A stretch of 63,880 nt of DNA, filler included, from Reclinomonas americana ATCC 50394 (lineage: Eukaryota): NCBI GenBank assembly GCA_048213135.1. It is 18 parts of 18 records of this genome, joined end to end, with 100 filler letters (N's around TTAATTAATTAA, not from the genome) between each part and the next. Parts side by side here need not be neighbours in the genome. Positions count along the whole stretch, not along the records: positions 1 to 1,669 come from AFZH01020285.1; positions 1,770 to 10,412 come from AFZH01020286.1; positions 10,513 to 13,093 come from AFZH01020288.1; 15 more parts are not named here. One strand, 5' to 3'. The notes beneath the pieces were generated by a model that was given only the letters and a program-made list of their open reading frames with translations, was not told the DNA's origin and did no database searches. Numbering within the stretch: position 1 is the first letter of the stretch; every line of letters starts with the position of its first letter. This document shows positions 1-10,583 of this stretch, piece after piece. A program made the position numbers and the translations under genes.

Positions 1-140
1 CTTCCCCTCTCGCCTCTCTTCCCTTCCCCTCCCTTCTCCTTCCCCCTCCCTTCTCCTTCCGCCCTCCCTTCCCCCACCCTTCCCATTCCCCCCACCCCCT
101 AATCCTTCTCCTTCCGCCCTCCCTTCTCCTTCTCCGCAGG

Positions 141-2979
141 TTCTGACGGTGATGACCACGCTCTGCATCATGTGGGACTTTGACGAATGCGAACAAGAGG
201 AGCTGTCGTCGCTCGTCGACTTGCTGCTGGAGATGGTGTCGGCTGTGAACCGGCGCGTCGATCGCTCCATTCGCATCACAGTTGCGGTTCCCTGGACCAT
301 TCTTGTCTGCTTATTGCGTTCTTACTCCTCTTCACAGGCATGCCAATGCCTCGTGGAACTCGAATCGGCGTTCCCGCACTTGCTGAGCGGCTACCTCGGC
401 TGCGCGCTGCACTTTTGCCAGAACGAGAAGACGCACGCGTCGGGCTCCTACGCCGAGCTGCTCCTGTCCATTCTCACGGGCGTGACGCATCAGGTTCGCG
501 GGATGGGGATGTTTTGATCCGTATCTGTCACCACTAAATGTCGCTCCACTCGCAGTTGGCATGGGAGAGTCAGAACCCTGAATCTTCAGACGTCAGCCTC
601 GGCTCGTTGCGTCGCTTCGTGCTCCTCCATCCTCCTATTTGATTCACACTCATTCCCTTTCAGCAGTCGCCCATCATCATCCAACTCGCTCACCCGTTCG
701 CACGAATACGAGTCCGCGGAAGATCTCGCTGAAGCACAACGAAAAGTGCGACACAACGTCGCTCATGTCTACTCGCGCACCTCACAATCCATCCTCTCCT
801 CCATGTCACTTGTCGATGGTTCGCCGCTGTGGTTGCTTCCACACTATCTCTGTAATAGTGGCTCATCCTTTCTTTCTCGACAGGACCACTCCCGGCATTC
901 AGTCTGCCCGAGGTGTACCGGCGCGAGTACATTACGGAGCGTCGTTTCGGCGAGACCATCTCTGCTGCCTCGAGTGCCATCACACTCTCCACCGACATCT
1001 CCAAGGACATTCGCAAGTGCCTGTCGGCGGTGGTGGAGGCGCTGCACGACATGGATCCCATCTGCTTGCCGTACTCGCTGCGCAGTATGATCCGCTTTGT
1101 TGCGTGGCCTTTTAAGTAGGCGGTGGCTTTCCATTTCCACGAGGCTTACTGTGCGCTTATCGTCGCAGACGAGTCTTCCTGGAGTGCCGTTCAATTTCTT
1201 CCGCCATAGCGTGTACAGTCTGTGTTTCACTACTTCACGGCCTGTGACCATGACCGCACTGGTGCTCTGCCGATACCCGTCGCTCCTCAGTTTGCCCGAT
1301 CGCATGGCGTTGCTGCATCAGGTGGCGCAGACCATCAACAGCTTGCATGCGTTGCGTGAAATCAGCAGAATGGATTGCTCTCTTCTCCTGCTCGCTCTGC
1401 TCTCTCTCTTCTCTCTCTCGTTCCTCTCGCTCTTTTCTCTCTCGCTCCGCTCGCTCCGCTCTGCTCTCCCGTTCCGCTCGCTCTGTTCTCTATCCCGTTC
1501 CGCTCGCTCTGCTCTCTTTCTCCTTCCGCTCGCTCTGCGCTCTCCCGTTCCGCTCGCTCTGCTCTCTCGCTACTCTCGCTCTGCTCTCTCTCGTTCCGCT
1601 CGCTCTGCTCTCTCTCTCTCTCTCGTTCCGCTCGCTCTGCTCTCTCTCTCTCTCTCGTTCCGCTCGCTCNNNNNNNNNNNNNNNNNNNNNNNNNNNNNNN
1701 NNNNNNNNNNNNNTTAATTAATTAANNNNNNNNNNNNNNNNNNNNNNNNNNNNNNNNNNNNNNNNNNNNTCTCGTTCCGCTCGCTCTGCTCTCTCCCGTT
1801 CCGCTCGCTGTGCTCTCTGTCCACTTCCCCCTCCCCCCCTTCCCCCTCCCCCCTTCCCTTCTAAATCCTTCCCCCTCCCACAGCACCCAGTTCGAGCGCT
1901 TCCTGGCCGTCCGCTCCCTTCTCCTCTCGCACACTCTGTTCGGCGAGTCATGCGCCGCCCAGGTCATGCACCAACAGAACATGATCCCGCTGTTCCTGCC
2001 GCTGCCGTTCGAGCCGCTGGGCGTGTTGCAGAACAAGCTGTACGGCTTGCTGCAGTGCTTCACCGACCGAGAGGCCTCTCTTGCTCCACCTCCGTTGCGT
2101 GTTGGAACAAGTCGTGTTGAATGCGTCCTTGGTGCTGACTTGTTTTGCGGGCAGGCACTTTATGAATGTGTTGCGCCACTTTGCCGAGTACTCGTACCAC
2201 CCGCCACACGCTCCAGTCGTGCGCATGTTCTTCAGTTTTGTGTTGCGCGTGTGGATTTCTTTCCCGTCGCTCTCGGCCGAGGTGGAGCGGTGAGTGGGCG
2301 CAGTGAGACTGGGAGAGCGATGGGATTCTCACTTTTTGCTCCTCCCACAGGCTATACATCAAGCTGATGATGGAGCAGCCGCGGTACATTCCCAACATTA
2401 TCGAGACGGTGAGTCGTGCACTCCAACGGAGATGTCCATCAACTCACCAACATCTGCCATTCGCAGATTCGCTCGCTGTCTGGCCTGCCCGCCCTGCGAC
2501 AGAAGCTGCTCATCTTATGCGCTCAAGCCCTTCCTGTCATTCACGTGTCTGCACTTGGTCCGTTTGTGCCGCTGCTGGAGTTTCTCGCGGAGATGCCGTC
2601 CGTGGATCCCGAGGTAAGTTGTCAGTTGACATCAGGGTGGCAGGCATTCCGACTCACCCGTTGTGCGTCAGCCTCTGATGGCCTTTGCCAGTCGCTACTT
2701 GAAGTACTTTACGAGTCAAGTGATGTCGGAGCAGCTGGTGAGGATCATCTGGGCTGTTTACCTTCCCTGTTCCCACTTATCTAACCGGTGCTCGAATCTC
2801 AGCACGGCCCTCTCGCCCCCGAAGACGAGATCTGGAGCGTCGGCAACGGCATTCTCATGCTGGCGCGCACACTCATGGCCACGCACCCAATCTCGCGAGT
2901 CTACTCGCAGATGCTGGAGCTGCTGCAGGGATGCCGCACTCACATCAAGGACATCGGTGCGCGTTGCATGCTAGCAATG

Positions 2980-3017
<38 letters not shown>

Positions 3018-3184
3018 GTTCCGCTCGCTCTGCTCTCTCTCTCTCCTTCTGCTCGCTCTGCTCTCTCTCTCCTTCTGCTCGCTCTGCTCTCTCCCTCCCG
3101 TTCCGCTCTCTCTCTTTCCGCTCGCTCTGCTCTCTCTCGTTCCTCTCGCTCTGCTCTCGTTCGTTCAACTCGCTCCCTCCTCCC

Positions 3185-3223
<39 letters not shown>

Positions 3224-5259
3224 CATGCTGACACCTTTGTGTTCTTTTCGCAGACATTGCCGACCGCTGCTCGTTCTATCTGCAGCTGTTGACGCACGTC
3301 AGTCAGGAGAAGCTTCGCTTCATTCTGCGCGGACCAGATCTGAAGTTCGAGGAGACTGGTGCGTACAACTTTGCCACTTTGCTGCGTATGTCGCTTGGAA
3401 TATACTCACATGAATTCCATCCTCGGCAGCACACTTGCAAAGTCTGCTGTCCTCCCGTCTCAGCTCCAAGTCCGAGGAGCGCAGTCAATTGGTACACGTT
3501 GACGAGCCGTTCCTCATTCTTCGCCGTCTGGATCCGCACCTGCCGTACTACGCGCGGAGACAGAGCGACGCTGGAAGTGCGTCGGCCGGAGCTCCTGCAG
3601 CACCCACGTGGACCTCGTCGTATGCTGGTGCTCCACCTGCCAACCGAGTGGGTGAGTGGACTGAGGGAGAGGGAGAGGGAGAGGGAGAGGGAGAGGGAGA
3701 GGGAGAGGGAGAGGGAGAGGGAGAGGGAGAGGGAGAGTGAGAGGCGGAGGGCGGGGGAAACAAGGGAGTGGGAGAGGAGAAGGAGAGGGAGAGCAGGAGG
3801 AGAGAAGGAGAGAGTGAGAGTGAGGGAGTGGGAGAGAGAATGAGAGGGAGAGATGAGAGGGGAAGAAAAGAGGCCCTCTGTGGAGTTGTATGTGTATATT
3901 CTCTCTGCCTGTCTCCCTCTCTCCCCTTCTCTCTCAGTGCGTGTGGGTGTGCGACAATTGCAGTTCATCCTCTTCATCCTCTGACCTCCCCTCCCCTCCC
4001 TCACAGTGGCCTGGAAGCAGTACTGGCGCCGCGCTCAAAAATCAGAACAGTGCCCCATCTCCGTCAATCTCTCCATTGCCTACGCAGTTGCGTGTTGTTG
4101 CCATCGCCCTCCTTCCTTCATTTCCGCTCACGTTTCGCCCTCTGTGTCCGCAGGGCGTCCGCATATCTGGCATGCCGGCCAAAGTGTACGCGCTCAGTGT
4201 CGACTTTGATGCACCGGAGCATGTCGATCCACCCGAATCCACCTTTGTGCCTTTTCTGTGCACCCGCGACTCACTACCGAGTGTGCCCTCAGCCAATGGT
4301 ACTTGCATGTGTCCTTCTTACGTTCGATCCTGTTCCCCTCACTCCGCCTTCATGCTCTTCCTCGCACCAGGTCCACCATTCGTCTGCTCGTTCCCTGTGC
4401 AAGTGGTGCCAAAGGACTGGGTTCCATTTTCATTGCACGGCCGTGTGGTATTCAACGACGACACTGGCAAGAATTACGACATGGACCTTGATCCGGTGGC
4501 GATTGAGTTCCAGGATGTGTTGCTGCCGACCTCTGCAAGAGTTGCGTGTGACATAAAGAAGAATGACTGTGTGACGATGCTCACTGCTCCCTTCTTCCCA
4601 TCTCGCAGGCCAGTGATCGCTTCACCCCGCAGCTGCTGTTCGAGGCCTTTTGGGAGGCCCTCGATCCCGCCTCTTTGTCGCCCGATGCACCTCGTCGGCG
4701 AGTGCCGTAAACATGGCAAAGTTCTCTCCATTTTTCTTGCCCACTCATCACGCTGTTGCGCAGCTACACCCTGCCCGATCGCTCAGACCCCGTGCAAGGA
4801 TTCGATGCGGTGCGCTACCTGCCATGCGAGGAGGAATTCGTGTGTGGCATGATCGAGTATGTGTTTGGCGATTTTGTCGTGCTGAGAGGTGCGTCCGAGT
4901 CGACAGAGTCCGTGGATTCCATCCTTTGCCTCATCATGTTTGTGACTGCAGAGCTGGTGGCCGCTGACGACACGGCGAGTGCTTCTGCATCGGCGGGCTC
5001 GCCATCCTCGTCGCCGCAGCAATTGTCACCGACGGGCTCGCCTTCGCGGGCCTTCCTTGCGGCGCCGGCGGTCGCGGCCATGCACGAGCCGTTGCGGCGT
5101 GTCTATCACATTATGATTCTGCTGCCGCCGTTCTCGCACCTGGCCATGCGTGTGCGCGTGCATCGCTCGCACAGCATGGTCGACATGCGCACTGACGATT
5201 GGCGCGTGCTGCCTTTCCTCGATCCGCTCTTTGACAAGCACACGGGCTCCAAGAGGTGA
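141..5259 (+). CDS. AP5B1: AP-5 adaptor complex subunit beta-1; multi-exon (~19 exons), 5' end lies upstream of the window
   Basis: Spliced translation gives DRSIRIT|ACQCLVELESAFPHLL...CQNEKTHASGSY, PLPAFSLP, LFLPLPFEPL, DIADRCSFYLQLL, KVYALSVDF...VPFL, LFEAFWEAL and C-terminal LLPPFSHL...MRTDDWRVLPFLD. These resemble AP5B1 motifs as I recall them (ACECLRELE, ERTHA.QSY, LPPR.HL, RTD.WP.L). Short GT-AG introns keep the frame; stop TGA at 5257-5259. Confidence 0.8.
1400..1810 (+). repeat. Intronic minisatellite built on CGTTCCGCTCGCTCTGCTCT plus (CT)n; the same unit recurs at ~3010-3170
   Basis: The unit is repeated many times in two AP5B1 introns; an assembly gap falls inside the first array. 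Confidence 0.85.
1670..1769. other. Artificial scaffold linker N..TTAATTAATTAA..N (about 20 such 100-nt blocks across the window)
   Basis: Identical 100-nt blocks with a six-frame stop core, nearly always next to microsatellites. Confidence 0.97.
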
Positions 5260-5297
5260 TGGCTCTTCTCATTCACACGACCAATTAACATTATATG

Positions 5298-8200
5298 TCA
5301 TTCATTCTTGCCGCCAACGACTCCTCCTCTTCTCCACGCCGTGGCACAAAGCGCGACAGCCGCAGCGCAGCCGAACAGCGAGTGTGTCCACTGAAAGAGC
5401 GCCTTGGGGGCAAACACCTCCCACGCCATGAGGTGCTGGTGCAGAATGGTGCCGGCCACGGCAGCCCCCGCCGCATCGGCAGCGTACATGGCGACCAGCA
5501 GCGAGGCGTAGCCCAGAACTGCACTGCCGCCGTTGGTCCTCTGCGGCGCATGCAGCAGTGGCAGCGCAAGCAAGAGAGGAACGATAAAGTGCACGGCACA
5601 AACGTGCAGAATCACAATGGCCGCGGCGAGCAGCGGTCGTTCTGCAGCCACAGCAGAGTCGGTGGATGCCATGAATGCGGCCTCCCACGGAAGCGTCGTT
5701 ACCGTGTTCTGGTGACCGGTGCCAAAGTACATGACGCCACTGGCCAAGTGCGCCGCCACACCCGCAAGATACCACCACAAATTGTCACTCGTGACCACGA
5801 TCCGCGCCCACAGCCACGCAGCCGACAGCAACGCAGCATGCACAGCCGCGTAACGCACCCCATGCAGCTGCATCAATGGGAGAGCGCCAAACAGGGTTGC
5901 GAGCAGCAGCACGTGTCTGCCTCTCTCCACCCAGCTGGCATCCGTGATTGTCACTGCTTGGCACACCAGCAGCAGCATCACCGCAACCGAGCACCACCAC
6001 GTCCACGCGGTGGTGGCATGCGCTGCCGACGTCCAACCAACATACGCGAAGCTTGCCTGCAACGCAACAGCCGGCACCGACACACCCACGGGTACGGTGG
6101 GGCGGCCGAGCAGTACGAGCATCATGGCTGACAGAGAGAGCGACAACCACGCCGGCAGCCAGGTGGTGAGCGCCGAGGCCGGGTCGCTAATGGCCTCGGT
6201 GCCGGCGTGACGTGAGCGGAGGAACCAGGCCACTGCGAAATATGCCAATGCAGCGATTGACGCCAGTCGCCAGACACCAGCAGGGTGCCGTGCAATCCAC
6301 CACCACACAGCCGCCGCAAGCACAATGGAGTTGAGCAAGAACAGAACGATGCTGTGAGGAGACATTAGTAAAAGGAGCGACCGGATGTGTTGACAGTGCG
6401 CACACTCACCGATCCTCAAACAGCACAAACGAGTTGGAGGTCGCCAGGAACGACTTGACAATCACCACTGCAATCACCATCCATGCAGCTGGCACGCGAT
6501 ACCAGCCGGTCACCGAGGCGGCAACCATGAGTGACACGACCATGACCAGCATCGCCAAGGTCACGCCCGCCCACATCCACCCCACACTAATGGCCGTCCA
6601 CTGCGCGCGGAATGCCGACGCCACGTGCTGCACGAATTCTCGGGCGATGGTGTCGCTTTCTGAAGAAGAACCCTCTCCGTCCAACAGCTGCTGGTAACGC
6701 GCCTCCAACGCAGCCATCTCGTAGTCCGAAAGGAGTGCATTGAATCCGCCAGCGCCTCCCGCAGCCGCTCCCTCGTAGTCGTGCACCAAGCCGTGAATGT
6801 GGCGCGCCGCCGCTGCACCCAGTACCTGGCGCACCCGCGATGACGAGTCGCAAGCATCAGTGCATGAAGCGCGCTTGCGTGCAAGCGGATGCCCCGAGAA
6901 GGCCTCCATCAGCGGGTATCCGAGACTTTCACGAGGCTGCCTAACGCCCAGCGCAGCAGCCAGCGTGGCCGCCATGTCGGTTTGGCGGGTTGGGTGTGGG
7001 AGCTGGGCGCGGAGTGAGAGGGAGATTGGTTGAAGGACGGATGCATCTGCTTACCAGTCCCTGCGGCATGGAATGATCGCCCACATTGACTGGCCGCAGC
7101 CACAGACACGAGTCCGTCTCCTCGGCTGAGCCGCCACCGTGCTCGCCGGCCAGCGTCTGTATTCGTCACATTGAGTCACAGTGAGTGAGTGGCGAATGAG
7201 AGAGAGAGAGGGCGTGTGAAAGGGAGACAGTGTGTGAGAGAGAGAGGGAGAAGAGAGGGTGTGACCCAGGCAAGAGAGAGAGAGAGAGAGAGAGGAGAGA
7301 AAGAGATGCAGCGCATGTGTAACTGAGTGAGTGAGAGAGGGTGTGACCCGGGCGAAAAAGGGAGAGCAAGATATATAGTGTAAGTAAGTGAGTGAATGTG
7401 ACAGTGGTGTAGGAGAGTGAACAAGTGTACACATTGAATGTTGTTGTGTGCATGGACCGAGAGCACGACAGCATTCCAAGAGCAGTGTTGCGTAGCGTGT
7501 GACATGAAAAAACACAACGCTACCATTCCATGATCGCCCATGACCAGCAGCAGCGTGTTGGCAAACGTACTCGGCGCCGCCTCCAGCGTCTCAACCACCT
7601 GTCGCACCATGGCATCCATCTCGCGCAGCTTGCTGACCATTTCCGGATGTCGGCACTCGTATTTGTGACCGCAGTGGTCGACGCCGAGAAAGTGCGCAAT
7701 CAGGAGGTCCCAGTCGCTACGCGTGCACACAGTGAGATGGGGCGGGGAGTGTAGAAGTGGACATTGACGCACCCGCCCTCCAACTCGCGCGGCAAGTGTT
7801 GCATCAGCACCGAGTCGGCCGTGTGCAAGTCGAATGCATCAAACGAGGGAGTGGGAAATGTGCGCGTGTAAAACCCAGAGGACTCGGGAAACAAGTGCAT
7901 CCATGTGTCGTCGCCGAGGAACACCACACGCCGTTGCGCGTCGCGGAGATGATGCACTGTGCCCCCCCAGACAAGAACATGAGGATGAGTCGGTACTCTC
8001 CACATTCTCTTCTCGCACGCAACACAAGTGATCGGCGTGCACCGGCTGCGCGTCAAAGTTGGAGAGCGCATCGGCAAACGTGGGGAGGGTGCCGGTGAGC
8101 AGCGCTTTCAGGCGCTGGCTCGTGGTGGTCGGTGGGTCGGCGACGAGCTTGGTCAGCAGGCCGCTGGAGGTGAGGGTGGGGAGGTGGTGGTGGAACACTG

Positions 8201-10126
8201 CGAGGGGAAGGGGGGAATGGAGGGGGAAATGAGGGGAAGGGGAAGGGGAAGGGGAAGGGGAGGGAGGAGGAGGGAGGAGGAGAGAGGAGAGAGAGAGAGG
8301 AGAGAGGAGAAGAGAGAGAGAGAGGAAGAGGAGAACGAGGGGAAGAGCGAAGTAAAAAGGAAAAGAGTCGAAGAGAAGGGAAAGAACAGTGAAGAGGGAC
8401 AAAGGAAAGCAAGAGAGGAAAGAGAGAAGAGAAAAACGAATAGGAATCGAGAGGCTGAGTGAAAACGGGAGAGCACTGGAAGAAGAGTAAACAAAACAGA
8501 GTTCCACCGCACTGTAGAATTAGAGCGTGTGAAGATAAAATTCGGAGAAGCGGGTACAAACACACAGCAATCCGCGGGCATGATGGCCACGTTACACCGA
8601 AATGAAAGGAAGAGACCCAAGAAATGGAAAGAGAGGTTGCAGATCTCACACGAAAGAGATGCGAAGAAATACGGGCAACGAAGCCAAGGGCAGACGATCC
8701 CAATCCCTTGTCCTTTTCTCACTCGCACCACCGACCTTCCTTCACCGACGCATCGGGGGGCGCATAACAAAAGTCGAAGCGCAGCGCGTCAATCACAATC
8801 AGCACCACGCGATCGTACAAGCGGGCGAGAGGGACGAGGTGTTGCAGGTCGTCGGCATCCGAGGGGGCAATGGTGCGATCGTGTAACTGGAGGGGAGAGG
8901 GAAGGAGAGGGAGGGTAAGATGGAATGACGCAATGATTGGAGTGAAGAGTGCATTCAGCGATGAATACCAAGTAAAGGATCAGCAGTGCAGCTTTTAAGC
9001 GTCGAGTGCCTTCGGTGCTGAGTGGCCATCAGAGTGCTCAGTGCCCGACAAGTGAGAAGTGGGCGATGAGCAGTGAAAAGATGCGAGCGTGCGACAAGCG
9101 ACAAGTGAATGCTCAGTTGCTGAGTGAAGAGTGCCCTCCACATCGAAAGTGTGATTAGTTGCCAGAGGGAGAAGAACTGTGACAAACACGACAATGGATC
9201 AACGCATCAAGTGAGCGATCAGGTGCTGAGTGCTGTTGCTCCGTGAAGAGTGGCACAACGAGTGACAAGTAAGCAAGCGATTGAGAGAAAGAGTGATCAC
9301 TTGCATGAGAATGACAAGTGTCTGACCGCCAAGTTGCCTTGTGAGCGGCAGGTGAACGATCAGTTGTGCAGATGCTGAGTGCAGAGTCCCCTCAGTGATC
9401 ACCGAGAGGTGAGTGAGAAAGTGATCAGCAAGATTGATCACTTGTGAGAATGACAAGTGTCTGACTGCCACTGTGCTGCCCTCTCAATTTGATCACCGAG
9501 AAGCAAGTGAATGAGTCGACTGAGAGCTAACTGTGACTGACAAGAGAGACGCACGTGAAAGATCACGTGAAGAATGCCCTCTGAAATATACAAGCAACGA
9601 CTCTTGTTGAGTTGCAAGCGTGCGACAACCATTGATCTCTGAGTGCGAGTGATCACATGTGAGGCAGGCGAAGGATAAACTGTGTGACACAACCGAGAGG
9701 CACAGAGCATCGCGCGACAAGTGATCACTGAAAGAGCAGAGTGTGATCGTTCTCTCGCACACTCATCCCTTTCACTCTCTCTTTCTCACAGTCACTCACT
9801 CACACACTCACTCACTCTCTCTCACTCACTCTCACTCGCTCACTCTTCTTCTTCTTCTTCTTCTTCTTCTTCTCTCTCTCTTCACGCCCTTCTCTCTCTC
9901 ACTCACTCATCACTCTCACTCTCCCTTTCTCACACTTACTCACTCACTCACTCACTCTCTCTCTCACACACTCTCCCTTCACTCCCTTATCTCTCTCTTT
10001 CCCTCTGTCTCATCTCACCGGCAACGCAGGTCTCGCCCGCAGAAACCCATGCCAATAACACCCCGCGCCCACCGCCAACACAACCCACAAAGCAACACAC
10101 ACAAACACTCCTCTCACTCGTTGCAT
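5298..10126 (-). CDS. PIGO: GPI ethanolamine phosphate transferase 3 (PIG-O/Gpi13), multi-exon
   Basis: Exon 1 (10019-10126) MQRVRG...[14 protein letters not shown], then [88 protein letters not shown] and [11 protein letters not shown]. These are the diagnostic PIG-O alkaline-phosphatase-fold and C-terminal multi-TM motifs. Confidence 0.92.
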
Positions 10127-10203
10127 GAAACGCGCGGGAAACCAACAAAGAAAATCCGAACAAAGAGTGGAACGTCGAGCGGCTCCATCTCTCAAGTCAA
10201 CAA
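10127..10203. promoter_or_regulatory. Putative 77-nt bidirectional promoter region between the PIGO ATG (-) and the next gene's ATG (+)
   Basis: PIGO ATG at 10126 (-). ATG TCG GAA G|gtgtgt at 10204 (+) splices in frame to the exon starting at ~10604. Confidence 0.5.
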
Positions 10204-10354
10204 ATGTCGGAAGGTGTGTGAGCGCGCACAGAGAGAGAGAAAGTGAAAGGCAGAGGAAGAGAGAGATCGCACTCAGGTGCCTTATCAAGCACCTTTCGTG
10301 ACTTTGTGATCGCCTGTGATCATCGGAAGGAAGAGAGAGAGAGAGAGAGAGAGA

Positions 10355-10407
<53 letters not shown>

Positions 10408-10544
10408 GAGGANNNNNNNNNNNNNNNNNNNNNNNNNNNNNNNNNNNNNNNNNNNNTTAATTAATTAANNNNNNNNNNNNNNNNNNNNNNNNNNNNNNNN
10501 NNNNNNNNNNNNGAACAAGACCGACCTCGTCGATCGCACTCGAT

Positions 10545-10583
<39 letters not shown>

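Noticed and set aside
1714..1725. Recurrent palindromic TTAATTAATTAA flanked by Ns, superficially like a regularly spaced element or TTAA transposon target
   Set aside because: Identical 100-nt blocks with stops in all six frames; an assembly linker, not biology.
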